From a virus (Duplodnaviria > Heunggongvirae > Uroviricota > Caudoviricetes): 64,000 bases of DNA. Positions 9,039-17,594 of this stretch are shown here, one piece after another; the first letter of the stretch is position 1; each line of letters begins with the position of its first letter. Where the stretch lies: the IMG/VR virus record IMGVR_UViG_3300014205_000184, positions 3,162 to 67,161 of that record; one strand, given 5' to 3'. Below the pieces are notes generated by a model, which had not been told where the DNA came from, searched no databases, and was given only the letters and a program-made list of their open reading frames with translations. The position numbers and the translations under genes were made by a program.

Positions 9039-9427
9039 TGAAAAAATTAGGGATATTTTTATATTTCAAAGCGTTAGAGTTATTAGTTATATGTGGAATT
9101 CTGTCATGGATTTACTTGATTGTAAAATATTTTAAAGAAATTTTTAAGTTTTTATTCTGGGCGAGTTTAACATGGATAGTAATATCTTTAGCGATTGAAG
9201 CTGTGTATCTAGTATTTAGAGGTATACGCTATATAGTTGTAGTTAATATGGCAAGAACGAATTTTTATATTGATTATAAACTAAACCCATTTTCATTTAA
9301 GGGGTTGAATTTAATATCGGAACATAGAGAAGCATATTATGATGATTATAAATACCCTCTAATTAAAGAGCATTGCGGTAAAGGTCATAATATTCTTATT
9401 GTAATAGGGGAAATAATCACATTATAA
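9038..9427 (+). CDS. Hypothetical membrane protein (2-3 TM segments)
   Basis: TAATG coupling. Hydrophobic N-terminal half. Confidence 0.5.
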   Translation: MKKLGIFLYFKALELLVICGILSWIYLIVKYFKEIFKFLFWASLTWIVISLAIEAVYLVFRGIRYIVVVNMARTNFYIDYKLNPFSFKGLNLISEHREAYYDDYKYPLIKEHCGKGHNILIVIGEIITL

Positions 9428-9439
9428 GAAAGGAGACAT

Positions 9440-9610
9440 ATGAAAAAGAAAAAAGCAGTAAGACGCATAGGTATTGTGAATGTGAATTTGCAGTATGTAA
9501 TACCAGAAGAAGAAAAAGACGCTCAAGAGTTTCTTGAGAATATAGAACTACCGAGTGAGTATGTTGAGGACAGTTTTGAAATAGTAAAAATAATAGAGGA
9601 GAAAATCTAA
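9440..9610 (+). CDS. Hypothetical small protein
   Basis: RBS AAAGGAGA. 56 aa. Confidence 0.4.
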   Translation: MKKKKAVRRIGIVNVNLQYVIPEEEKDAQEFLENIELPSEYVEDSFEIVKIIEEKI

Positions 9611-9612
9611 GT

Positions 9613-9795
9613 ATGAACTCTGATTTAGTTAGTATGGGCGGTTTTGCGTTTGCGTTAGATTTAATAAACGAAGGGAAATGCCCAGTGTGTGGAGAAGAAG
9701 TTGAGCGAGAGGATTTTAAAGATGAGTTGAGTAGAAAAGAATTTGATATAAGCGGTCTATGTCAAGGATGCCAAGATAAAACATTTGAGGGATAA
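9613..9795 (+). CDS. Hypothetical zinc-ribbon protein
   Basis: Carries CPVCGEE...CQGC. Confidence 0.45.
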   Translation: MNSDLVSMGGFAFALDLINEGKCPVCGEEVEREDFKDELSRKEFDISGLCQGCQDKTFEG

Positions 9796-9796
9796 T

Positions 9797-10201
9797 ATGA
9801 TACATATTGCAATGACTAAAAGCAAAACATCGTGGGGTAAAAAAATAGAAAAACAAATACCCAAAAAAGATTTAATAGCGGCTGTTAAGCTGTTTATTGA
9901 ATCTTATACCGGGGATAGTGTTGCTATTAAATATGATACCATTGACGATGTAATTTTTGATGAAATAGATACAGATGTTGGTGATTTAATGACGTTTAAA
10001 AGGTTTAAGAGTTCAGTTGATGACGGCTCTTTAATTGATTATGATGGGTATGGTGTATTAGCTACAAAAGATAAGGTGTCTAACGTGTTAGTTTGTCCAT
10101 CGTTATTTAAACGTGACAAAGTAAAGTTAAGTCACGATGGCGAAGAGTTTGATATAGATGAGTTCGATTGGGCGACACACGTTATGTGGTTTAATAAATA
10201 A
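9797..10201 (+). CDS. Hypothetical protein
   Basis: TAATATG coupling. 134 aa. Confidence 0.5.
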   Translation: MIHIAMTKSKTSWGKKIEKQIPKKDLIAAVKLFIESYTGDSVAIKYDTIDDVIFDEIDTDVGDLMTFKRFKSSVDDGSLIDYDGYGVLATKDKVSNVLVCPSLFKRDKVKLSHDGEEFDIDEFDWATHVMWFNK

Positions 10202-10210
10202 AGGAGAAGT

Positions 10211-10429
10211 ATGAATAATGAACCCAAGTTTCATTTTAAAGACAAAGTTGAAGTTGTTAAAGGTTTTTATGCAGGTTTTTCAGGAGAGGTTAGAAATGTA
10301 ATTGATGTATGGCCTAGAAGACGCCGTTATTTAATAGATTTTAAAATTTCAGGTGAGTCATTACCATTGATTGAGTGGATAGATGAAGAAGATATTTCAA
10401 ATAACGTGGTTAAGAAAGGAGTATCATGA
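10211..10429 (+). CDS. Hypothetical protein (possible KOW-like fold)
   Basis: RBS AAGGAGAAG. 72 aa. Confidence 0.45.
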   Translation: MNNEPKFHFKDKVEVVKGFYAGFSGEVRNVIDVWPRRRRYLIDFKISGESLPLIEWIDEEDISNNVVKKGVS

Positions 10430-11145
10430 GTAGAGAACCAGAATGGAATGCGGAGAATATGAATAAGAAGAAAGGTGATACCACTTTAAAAACTTGTGGG
10501 TGGTGCCAATATCAAGGTTGCGGGAGCTATCGGCACAGTTGCATGTTGTCCGGGGATTGTGAGTTAATGAAAAGCTATGGAAATGAGCGAGAGGTTGAGT
10601 TTGATACGGTTTGTAAAATAATTCAGTTATCTCCGGATGATGTTTCAGCCATAATAAAGAGCAAGGAATATGATATAAAAGAATCCGAAAATTCAATTAA
10701 AGAGAGTAAAAAAGAAATAGAGGCTTTACGTAAAATAAAGAAGACGTTAAAGTATAAACCAATGTTAGCAGATAGCAGACCATATAACTATTATAATGTT
10801 AATGATGTGGTGTATACGTATTGTTATGATGGTAACGTATGGAAGAAAGCTAAAGTTGTAGAGGGGTATAGACACCACGATGGTTGTGTGTCGTTTATTT
10901 ATGAGGGCACAATAGTTGAACCGGGACATGCACCCGGGGCTGGATGTGGGAGACCTGAGTTACTAAAAGAAAAAGAGTTTCAATACTTTTCAGAACAGAT
11001 GTCCGGTAAGAAGTTAGATGAATGGTTATCAAAAATTGATTTGAGAACATGGCTGAAGAGTCAAGACCGTATATATAACGGTAAAAAGTTGGAGATTGAT
11101 AGTATCGTAAAAGCGTTTTGCGATTTCATAAATAAGGAGAAATGA
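10426..11145 (+). CDS. Hypothetical protein (Cys-rich N-terminus)
   Basis: ATGA coupling. 239 aa. No recognisable domain. Confidence 0.55.
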   Translation: MSREPEWNAENMNKKKGDTTLKTCGWCQYQGCGSYRHSCMLSGDCELMKSYGNEREVEFDTVCKIIQLSPDDVSAIIKSKEYDIKESENSIKESKKEIEALRKIKKTLKYKPMLADSRPYNYYNVNDVVYTYCYDGNVWKKAKVVEGYRHHDGCVSFIYEGTIVEPGHAPGAGCGRPELLKEKEFQYFSEQMSGKKLDEWLSKIDLRTWLKSQDRIYNGKKLEIDSIVKAFCDFINKEK

Positions 11146-11149
11146 TATA

Positions 11150-11479
11150 ATGATAGTAAAAACGGGTTCTGATATGGGGAATATCAAGATATTCAACGAA
11201 GGCCTGTCTTGCTTTTTTCATAATGGGTATGGAGATGGAATAAATAAAGTCGAGATACGAGAAAAGCCTAGTGCAAGAAATAATGGAGATTTTAAAGAAA
11301 CGAATAAATATGAATTTCTTGGGCATTTTACAGTAAAGAATAAACCAGTGTATTTAGGTGCGTATGATTGTGACGATAGAGTGGCGTATGAGTTTAAGAA
11401 GACGGGTAGATATTGGGTGTATCTTAAAAAAGAGCAATCGTTTTTAATAGAGTATATGGACGAAGAAACGCATTGTTGA
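11150..11479 (+). CDS. Hypothetical protein
   Basis: 109 aa. Confidence 0.5.
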   Translation: MIVKTGSDMGNIKIFNEGLSCFFHNGYGDGINKVEIREKPSARNNGDFKETNKYEFLGHFTVKNKPVYLGAYDCDDRVAYEFKKTGRYWVYLKKEQSFLIEYMDEETHC

Positions 11480-11488
11480 GAGGGTGAT

Positions 11489-11740
11489 ATGATTTTTAAT
11501 TTAAACGATGCTGTGGAGTATATGTTTGCTAATATAAAAACTAAAAGTGAATATGATAAACGTTATTTAAAAAGAAATATAGAAATCGTAAGGCATAGAT
11601 ATGGATTTTACGATGGGTATGCAAAGCCTTTAAAAAAAATTGCCAAACAATTTAGAGTATCTCCGGCAAGAGTTAGACAAGTTGAATCTGACATTTTTAA
11701 AAGGTGTAGAAGTTTTAAAGAAATTAAGGAGTTTTTATGA
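11489..11740 (+). CDS. Sigma-70 region-4-like HTH protein
   Basis: C-terminal IAKQFRVSPARVRQVESDIFKRCR matches the sigma-factor region 4.2 HTH pattern. The protein is only 83 aa. Confidence 0.4.
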   Translation: MIFNLNDAVEYMFANIKTKSEYDKRYLKRNIEIVRHRYGFYDGYAKPLKKIAKQFRVSPARVRQVESDIFKRCRSFKEIKEFL

Positions 11741-11922
11741 GCGGGATGTGTAATGTTTGCGGGTTACATATTGACACTAAAAGAAAAAAGATGTATCATC
11801 CTGAATGCAATGTTAAGCGTTTTAATTATATGTCTTATAGGTACAATAAATGGTATTATAAAAGATACCGTAAAAAACTTCTCTTAAAGAAAAGGTTAAA
11901 ATATGCAAGATGCAAGGAATGA
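11737..11922 (+). CDS. Hypothetical zinc-ribbon protein
   Basis: ATGA coupling. Carries CNVCG...HPECN. Confidence 0.4.
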   Translation: MSGMCNVCGLHIDTKRKKMYHPECNVKRFNYMSYRYNKWYYKRYRKKLLLKKRLKYARCKE

Positions 11923-12076
11923 AAGTGAAGAAATAGCAAATGATTATATCCAAACAAGAAAAAAATATGGTAAGAATAGTATCGAATTAAAAAGATGGAT
12001 TAAGAATAATATTAAGTATGCGTGTATGACAGAAAAAGAAATGTGGAATTTCTTTAAATCTTCTAGTAATAACTAA
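11903..12076 (+). CDS. Hypothetical small protein
   Basis: 57-aa ORF that overlaps the upstream gene's end. Confidence 0.3.
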   Translation: MQDARNESEEIANDYIQTRKKYGKNSIELKRWIKNNIKYACMTEKEMWNFFKSSSNN

Positions 12077-12089
12077 AAAGGAGGGCATT

Positions 12090-12233
12090 ATGCCAAAGAA
12101 TATCAAAGTTAAGAGAGAAGAAGCGGCGAAGAGGCAAGAGGCGTATGATAAGTTAAGTTTAGATGAAAAATTGAAACATGCTGGTAAGAAAGAAACAAAA
12201 AAGATTTTGGCGAAGAAAGAAAATGTTAAATAG
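12090..12233 (+). CDS. Hypothetical small basic protein
   Basis: RBS AAAGGAGGG. 47 aa. Confidence 0.4.
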   Translation: MPKNIKVKREEAAKRQEAYDKLSLDEKLKHAGKKETKKILAKKENVK

Positions 12234-12251
12234 TTAAAAGAGAGGTGAATA

Positions 12252-12527
12252 ATGGAGAGAGATTCAAATATGGTTTATGAGTATGTTAGAGAAAATGTTA
12301 AAAAACACCGAGATATTATATTAAAAGCTATATCAGATGGGTTGCAGGAGGAGAACCGTAACCTTAGAGAACAGAAATGTCAGATTGAAACTGGTCTTAT
12401 AGTATTAGCAGATGAGATAAATGTAAAGAGATTACCTTTAAATTTAAAAGAAGTTGTGTTAGGAAGTCTAGAGAGTTGCACGTCCTTTAAGACAGATATA
12501 CTTTTAAATAAATTAAGAGGAAATTAA
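12252..12527 (+). CDS. Hypothetical protein
   Basis: RBS AGAGGTGAA. 91 aa. Confidence 0.5.
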   Translation: MERDSNMVYEYVRENVKKHRDIILKAISDGLQEENRNLREQKCQIETGLIVLADEINVKRLPLNLKEVVLGSLESCTSFKTDILLNKLRGN

Positions 12528-12824
12528 ATGATTATTCCCGTAAAGAAGTTTAAAGCTATAATGAAGACATTACCGATTAAGCATGAGTATGGGATGAAAG
12601 CGTTTGATGAAGTTGAAAAGAGATTAAAAGGAGTTTGTACTGGTAAGATTATAAGTGTTAACATCCCAGAAGATTACGCTAATTTTTTAGAAGCCGCCCA
12701 TAAACTAGGGCAGTTGTATAGAGTAGCGCAGTTAATATTGTCAAGTAGGAAGACGTTATTGTTTCATTGTGTAGAGTATACACACTCAAAACCAAATAGA
12801 AAGGTCGAGTATGCCAAAGTTTAG
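12528..12824 (+). CDS. Hypothetical protein
   Basis: TAAATG coupling. 98 aa. Confidence 0.5.
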   Translation: MIIPVKKFKAIMKTLPIKHEYGMKAFDEVEKRLKGVCTGKIISVNIPEDYANFLEAAHKLGQLYRVAQLILSSRKTLLFHCVEYTHSKPNRKVEYAKV

Positions 12825-12975
12825 TGTCAAGTTTGTTGTTGTAGATACAACAGATTTCGGGGTAGTTGAAGCGGATAATAAGAAACAAGCTGAAGAAAAG
12901 GTTAGAGATTTCTTTTGTTCAGATATAGCGAAAACTGAAACAGTGGCGAAGTATGTCACGGAGAGGGTAGTATGA
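12811..12975 (+). CDS. Hypothetical small protein
   Basis: 54 aa. Ends ATGA-coupled to the next gene. Confidence 0.35.
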   Translation: MPKFSVKFVVVDTTDFGVVEADNKKQAEEKVRDFFCSDIAKTETVAKYVTERVV

Positions 12976-13241
12976 AAAAAGAAATTTTAGTAAAGTGTCC
13001 ACATTGTGGTGTAAGTTTACTTTTAAAAGGAGCTATTAGAGCTAATGAAAACAGAGACCACATAAGTGACGTGCGAATATCTAAAATTAAGAATAGCGAA
13101 TATTACAAGTTGGATTTTACTGAAGACCACGCTGTAGCTGGGGATTCATATTTTTATTGTATTGACTGTAACGAAGAACTACCTATAACAAATGATGATG
13201 TGATTGAAATGCTAAAACTTTCGAAGAAAAGGAGTAAATAA
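12972..13241 (+). CDS. Hypothetical zinc-ribbon protein
   Basis: Carries CPHCG...CIDCN. Confidence 0.5.
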   Translation: MKKEILVKCPHCGVSLLLKGAIRANENRDHISDVRISKIKNSEYYKLDFTEDHAVAGDSYFYCIDCNEELPITNDDVIEMLKLSKKRSK

Positions 13242-13540
13242 TGTTTTGGTTTAAAAAGAAAGAAGATAAGAATGAAAAGTTGGTATTAGAATTGTTGAGT
13301 AGCTTACAGAAATCACATAATGATTATATGGAGTTAGCGAGGATGCATAGGAGCTTACAAGATAAGTATATTGAGATGTCAGAAAACACCATGATAGCTC
13401 TAAAGCAACTTGAGAAATTCTTAACATTTTTTAGAGAATATATGAAACTTGAACCATCGAATAAGTTCATGTTATTAGCGAAAGAGTATGGGCTTGATAG
13501 TTTACCCAATGCGCATGATGATGAAATGCCTAAAATGTGA
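13241..13540 (+). CDS. Hypothetical protein
   Basis: TAATG coupling. 99 aa. Confidence 0.5.
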   Translation: MFWFKKKEDKNEKLVLELLSSLQKSHNDYMELARMHRSLQDKYIEMSENTMIALKQLEKFLTFFREYMKLEPSNKFMLLAKEYGLDSLPNAHDDEMPKM

Positions 13541-13548
13541 GGTAACTT

Positions 13549-13890
13549 ATGTGGCCATTTAAACAGAAAATTAAAAAGATGAAGATATGGAGAGTTCAAA
13601 ATGACATGGGTGAATGTCCGTATAACTTAATTGATGAAATACTTTGCGATGGGTTTCTTTATAAACATAATATAGATAAAGAGTTTCACCCAAACCCTAT
13701 GAATGATAAAGGTATACAGAGGAATATAGAACCAAATGAAATATGTGGATTCATCAATAGGAAACAAATGTGTAAATGGTTTACACTTGAGGAGTTACAA
13801 AAGTTAAGAAAAGCTGGGTATTACCCAAAGCGTGTTGAAGTTAAGAAGATAACCGCTATTGGTGAATATCAAGTATTAGCGGAGGTATAG
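13549..13890 (+). CDS. Hypothetical protein
   Basis: 113 aa. Confidence 0.5.
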   Translation: MWPFKQKIKKMKIWRVQNDMGECPYNLIDEILCDGFLYKHNIDKEFHPNPMNDKGIQRNIEPNEICGFINRKQMCKWFTLEELQKLRKAGYYPKRVEVKKITAIGEYQVLAEV

Positions 13891-13891
13891 T

Positions 13892-14149
13892 ATGCAGAAT
13901 ATTGTAGGGTTAAAAGTTACAGCGGTGAGAGGAATAATGTCTTCAGACGACAAGAGAGGACACATATATCCACGGTTCATTCTTTTTGGTGATATGGAGA
14001 CATACATAGAACTTGAAGAACAGGACTATTATGATTTTCATGATTGTAGCTCATCTGCTAGGGATATAATAATAAAGAAAAATAAAAAGATGTGGTGGAC
14101 TATATTTAAAGATACTAAACTATACCCCGATTCAAATGTGGATATATAA
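13892..14149 (+). CDS. Hypothetical protein
   Basis: 85 aa. Confidence 0.5.
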   Translation: MQNIVGLKVTAVRGIMSSDDKRGHIYPRFILFGDMETYIELEEQDYYDFHDCSSSARDIIIKKNKKMWWTIFKDTKLYPDSNVDI

Positions 14150-14150
14150 A

Positions 14151-14342
14151 ATGAAAATACAATACGAGGCGTATTATGATTATGTTGATGGGTTACATTT
14201 TAGTGTGGGGAATGTACACTGTTGGGAAGTAGTTAGAGGTTATCGAACGGCACATCTTATAGATGGTATGTATTGTAAACATAAGACACATACTAATCTT
14301 GAAGAGGCGTTATATAGATTAAGAAATGGAGATAATAAATGA
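14151..14342 (+). CDS. Hypothetical protein
   Basis: TAAAATG coupling. 63 aa. Confidence 0.4.
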   Translation: MKIQYEAYYDYVDGLHFSVGNVHCWEVVRGYRTAHLIDGMYCKHKTHTNLEEALYRLRNGDNK

Positions 14343-14887
14343 TAGTAACGAGCTTAGAAGTTTTAAAAATAAAGTCAAGAGATACCTCTGTTGAAGAGTG
14401 CCATAGAGAAATGATATTTGAGAGAATGGATGATGAGATAAAGAAAACTCAAGGTCGAGGTATAGGTTTATCCGCAGTACAGATTGGAGTACATAGACGA
14501 GCTTGTGCGATACGCATACCAGAGCAGAAGCGTCAAGACGGTTCTATACTACGTTCAGAGTTGATATTAGATATGATAAACCCAGTGATTTTAGAAGCGT
14601 ATGACCCTATAATATTTCAAAATGAAGGGTGTCTTAGTATGCCCGGAGTTAGTGTTGACACGGATAGATATAATCATATAGTAGCTAAGTGGTTAGATTA
14701 TAATTTAGGTGAAGAACGCACCGCTACGTTTAGTGGTATTGAGGCTGTGTGTATACAGCAGGAAATAGCTCATTGCGAAGGTAAGCTCATCACCGATTTT
14801 CGTCATAAAAAAGTTGAAAGTGTGGGGAGAAACGATGCTTGCCCGTGCGGCAGCGGGCGCAAGTATAAAAAATGTTGCCTAAAATAG
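14339..14887 (+). CDS. Peptide-deformylase-like protein with a variant metal site and a C-terminal SEC-C zinc motif
   Basis: PDF motifs [10 protein letters not shown] and EGCLSMPG are present. The third motif reads QQEIAHCEG in place of QHEIDHL. A C-terminal [13 protein letters not shown] tail resembles the SecA C-terminal SEC-C motif. Confidence 0.6.
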   Translation: MIVTSLEVLKIKSRDTSVEECHREMIFERMDDEIKKTQGRGIGLSAVQIGVHRRACAIRIPEQKRQDGSILRSELILDMINPVILEAYDPIIFQNEGCLSMPGVSVDTDRYNHIVAKWLDYNLGEERTATFSGIEAVCIQQEIAHCEGKLITDFRHKKVESVGRNDACPCGSGRKYKKCCLK

Positions 14888-14902
14888 TGGCGATAAAACA
14901 AG

Positions 14903-14931
14903 TTGACATTTTAATATATACATGATATTAT
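14903..14931 (+). promoter_or_regulatory. Consensus sigma-A promoter (TTGACA-N17-TATTAT with extended TG)
   Basis: TTGACA at 14903-14908, TG at 14923-14924, and TATTAT at 14926-14931. Confidence 0.55.
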
Positions 14932-14963
14932 GTTTACATAATCGTAAAGAAGAAGTATGTCTA

Positions 14964-14995
14964 ACCGCAGAAAACATCTGCGGTTATTTTGTTTT
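14964..14995 (+). terminator. Intrinsic terminator-like hairpin plus U-tract sitting between the promoter and the downstream gene
   Basis: AACCGCAG-aaaacat-CTGCGGTT is followed by ATTTTGTTTT. It is preceded by a conserved AAGAAGAAGTATGTCTAACCGCAG motif that recurs at 17581-17602. Confidence 0.5.
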
Positions 14996-15017
14996 ATAAT
15001 ACAGAAAGAGAGGAGAG

Positions 15018-15473
15018 ATGCAAGAATTATCCAGGTTTAGTGCGTATACTCATTCAGTTAAGTATAAAGTAATGAGGACCAAAGAAGATGAGTTCAAGAT
15101 TATAAAATATGAGTATGATTATGACAATGGCTATAAACCTAAGTCAGTTTATACTCTACAAAGTATAAAAAATAAATGGGGATGTAGCTGTACCGGGTAT
15201 GCGATGAGAAGTTATTGTAAGCATGAAATGTGGGTTAGAAAAATAATAGCTTCAATATCCGAAAAGACTTTATTAAGTTTACCAGGTGAAGTGTTTTATC
15301 TTAAACAAGATTGTGGAATAGAGCTGATAGATGATTTTTTAAATACGTTACTGTTAAAACATTTACGCAAAAGTGAGGTCAAAAATGAAGGTGCAGAAAC
15401 AGGACAGGTTCAAATTAGAGTACGACACAATGCCGAAGATAACACATCCACGATTTCATATAACCCCTTCTGA
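15018..15473 (+). CDS. Hypothetical protein
   Basis: RBS AGAGGAGAG. 151 aa. Confidence 0.55.
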   Translation: MQELSRFSAYTHSVKYKVMRTKEDEFKIIKYEYDYDNGYKPKSVYTLQSIKNKWGCSCTGYAMRSYCKHEMWVRKIIASISEKTLLSLPGEVFYLKQDCGIELIDDFLNTLLLKHLRKSEVKNEGAETGQVQIRVRHNAEDNTSTISYNPF

Positions 15474-15586
15474 TTTTGAGATATCATCAACGGAGCAATG
15501 TTTAATAGCGTCTGGAGTTATAGTATTCGCTATTGAAAACGTTAAACTTTCGGTAAGAAGTGTGTTTACAAAGAAAGAGGAGAATG

Positions 15587-15898
15587 ATGTTGTATAATAT
15601 ATTATGTGAGATAAACGACAAAAAATGTAATTATTGCAATGCGGTTGATGATAAGAAACGTGTTTTAAAGGTTATGAAGAAGATAAAAAAGATATTCTAC
15701 AACATGATTATACCTGACAGGAAGCCGACAAATTACGATAATGGAAAGAATATCAAAATTATGGCGTATAGAGGTGGTTATAATAACTGCCGAGATTTGG
15801 CGATAAGAAGATTCCGTAAATTTACAAAAATATCGGAAGAACAATTCACAGAACTATCGGGCAATGTCGCTAGAGTTCCAGAAAAGGTAAAGTCATGA
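15587..15898 (+). CDS. Hypothetical protein
   Basis: RBS AAAGAGGAG 5 nt upstream. 103 aa. Confidence 0.5.
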   Translation: MLYNILCEINDKKCNYCNAVDDKKRVLKVMKKIKKIFYNMIIPDRKPTNYDNGKNIKIMAYRGGYNNCRDLAIRRFRKFTKISEEQFTELSGNVARVPEKVKS

Positions 15899-16059
15899 AA
15901 AAAGAAACAATTATACTGATACTTATCATGGAACTTATAATAATATATTTTATATGGAGAGGTGTAGAGAAATACTATAATTGGTATTTTGGGTATAGAA
16001 ATCATTTTAACTATCACAAATCATTAGGTGAATGGGAGAAAAATCATGCAAGAAATTAA
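15895..16059 (+). CDS. Hypothetical small membrane protein
   Basis: ATGA coupling. Hydrophobic core TIILILIMELIIIYFIW. Confidence 0.4.
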   Translation: MKKETIILILIMELIIIYFIWRGVEKYYNWYFGYRNHFNYHKSLGEWEKNHARN

Positions 16060-16198
16060 AGCAGTAGCTATGGTGTTTGTTTTAGGAGTAGTTTTAGGAA
16101 TGTGGGTTCAACATATATTTGAGAGATATATTTTACCTGAAATAAAAAGGATAGAAGAACTGCGTAATGAAAATAAATGTAAATGTTGTGGTAAATAA
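16046..16198 (+). CDS. Hypothetical small membrane protein
   Basis: Hydrophobic core AVAMVFVLGVVLGMW. C-terminal CKCCGK. Confidence 0.4.
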   Translation: MQEIKAVAMVFVLGVVLGMWVQHIFERYILPEIKRIEELRNENKCKCCGK

Positions 16199-16201
16199 AC
16201 A

Positions 16202-16327
16202 TTACACCTCGTAGCGTTTTATCTGGTATGCAGAAAGGGCGCAAGTATACACGCTCAACTCTGACCGTAGGAGCAGTAACCAAGGAAGATAAGACAAGAG
16301 TAAAGCTCGCTAACTGCCGAGGTGTAT
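16202..16327 (+). other. Structured intergenic element closed by a 9-10 bp long-range stem
   Basis: TTACACCTCG (16202-16211) pairs with CGAGGTGTAT (16318-16327). There are internal AGCGT/ACGCT and further stems. The 150-nt gap is non-coding on both strands. Confidence 0.35.
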
Positions 16328-16350
16328 TCAAATTTAAAAGGAGAGTTAAT

Positions 16351-16557
16351 ATGAGCGATATGATAAAGATACCCAAGAAAGAGTATGTTGCGTTACGTAT
16401 GGCGCAGATAATGATTTCAAGACTTGATGCGGGCGGTGTAGATAATTGGGAATGGTACGGTGAGAGTTTAAACCCAGATGGTTACCCCGATTTAGACGCA
16501 ATGCAGGTTGAGATTGAGAAAGAAATAGAAAATTTGGATGAATTATCTCTTAATTAA
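16351..16557 (+). CDS. Hypothetical protein
   Basis: RBS AAAGGAGAG. 68 aa. Confidence 0.5.
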   Translation: MSDMIKIPKKEYVALRMAQIMISRLDAGGVDNWEWYGESLNPDGYPDLDAMQVEIEKEIENLDELSLN

Positions 16558-16568
16558 AGGAGAGCATC

Positions 16569-16850
16569 ATGCGAATAAGTAAAAAATTATATCATCACGC
16601 AAAGACTAGGCTTATTGAACGATATGGGGAGCATAGATTACCAGAAGGTAAAAAAGAGTTTGTATTTAGTTTAAGTAATAATAGGAAGATACATAAAATC
16701 AATGAAGTATACTTTATATGGAGAAAAAGCGATAAGAAAATTATTACATTCTTAACCAAAGAAAATGTTGATAATATATTAAATCACCATAGTAAAAAGG
16801 TCAACGTTAAGGAGATTTCTAATAATGAAAATGAAACTGTGCAAGCATAG
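16569..16850 (+). CDS. Hypothetical protein
   Basis: RBS AAAGGAGAG. 93 aa. Confidence 0.5.
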   Translation: MRISKKLYHHAKTRLIERYGEHRLPEGKKEFVFSLSNNRKIHKINEVYFIWRKSDKKIITFLTKENVDNILNHHSKKVNVKEISNNENETVQA

Positions 16851-16937
16851 AATAACATATTTAAATTTTTGTTTTCTTTGGGGTTGCGAGTGTAGTGGCG
16901 AAGATGATTTGTGTGGAGATAATACAGAGGTGAAGGT

Positions 16938-17159
16938 ATGAATTCAGTTTTAATACGTAACATAACCTATGAACAGTTCACAAGATGGGATAGAGAGAAT
17001 AATCCTCAGTATGATAATGAAGAATATCTTGATTATAAAGAGGTGCACTCTGGTTTAAGCTCAGCGATATGCAGTTATGGGTATAAAGAAACTATTAACG
17101 GTAGAACTTTTTGGTTAAAAAAATGTGATGTTCCAACAATTTATAGGAGGCGTATATGA
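16938..17159 (+). CDS. Hypothetical protein
   Basis: RBS GAGGTGAAGG. 73 aa. Confidence 0.5.
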   Translation: MNSVLIRNITYEQFTRWDRENNPQYDNEEYLDYKEVHSGLSSAICSYGYKETINGRTFWLKKCDVPTIYRRRI

Positions 17160-17350
17160 AAAAACAATCTAATAAACCCATGATATGTAATCTTGAAGTA
17201 TTGTTAATGCCAAATGGAGAGATTATATGTTTAGGGAAGACGTTGGGGTGGTTTAAAGAATTTAAAGAGTTTATTACAAAGAAAACAGATATATCTGGAG
17301 ACAATTCGGGTGAATCTTTTGCAGAAGAAAGTCTGCGAGGTGAGTGGTGA
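17156..17350 (+). CDS. Hypothetical protein
   Basis: ATGA coupling. 64 aa. Confidence 0.45.
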   Translation: MKKQSNKPMICNLEVLLMPNGEIICLGKTLGWFKEFKEFITKKTDISGDNSGESFAEESLRGEW

Positions 17351-17526
17351 CAGAAGCACAAAAAAAGAAGATTGATAGTATGAACCAATTTGAATTATGC
17401 TGTGCGTGGAGATTTGCAGAGTCTGGAGACCCATTATTTCAAGGTGATACAGGTGAATACTTTACTAAAGTCTTAAAAGAAAAAGGCGGGTTCACCCCTG
17501 AAATATCGAAGAGTTTGAAGTGGTGA
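17344..17526 (+). CDS. Hypothetical protein (GTG start)
   Basis: The start overlaps the upstream stop. 60 aa. Confidence 0.4.
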   Translation: MVTEAQKKKIDSMNQFELCCAWRFAESGDPLFQGDTGEYFTKVLKEKGGFTPEISKSLKW

Positions 17527-17535
17527 TTAAAGTTC

Positions 17536-17564
17536 TTTACAAAATAACATTTTCGTGATATAAT
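17536..17564 (+). promoter_or_regulatory. Sigma-A-type promoter (TTTACA-N17-TATAAT with extended TG)
   Basis: TTTACA at 17536-17541, TG at 17556-17557, and TATAAT at 17559-17564. Confidence 0.5.
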
Positions 17565-17594
17565 GTATCTATAAGTGAAAGAAGAAATATGTCT

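Noticed and set aside
15373-15597. A 74-aa + strand ORF overlapping the end of gene 15018 and the start of gene 15587.
   Set aside because: It overlaps both neighbours substantially and has no RBS. It is possibly a real small gene starting at an internal Met, but it is not supportable from sequence alone.
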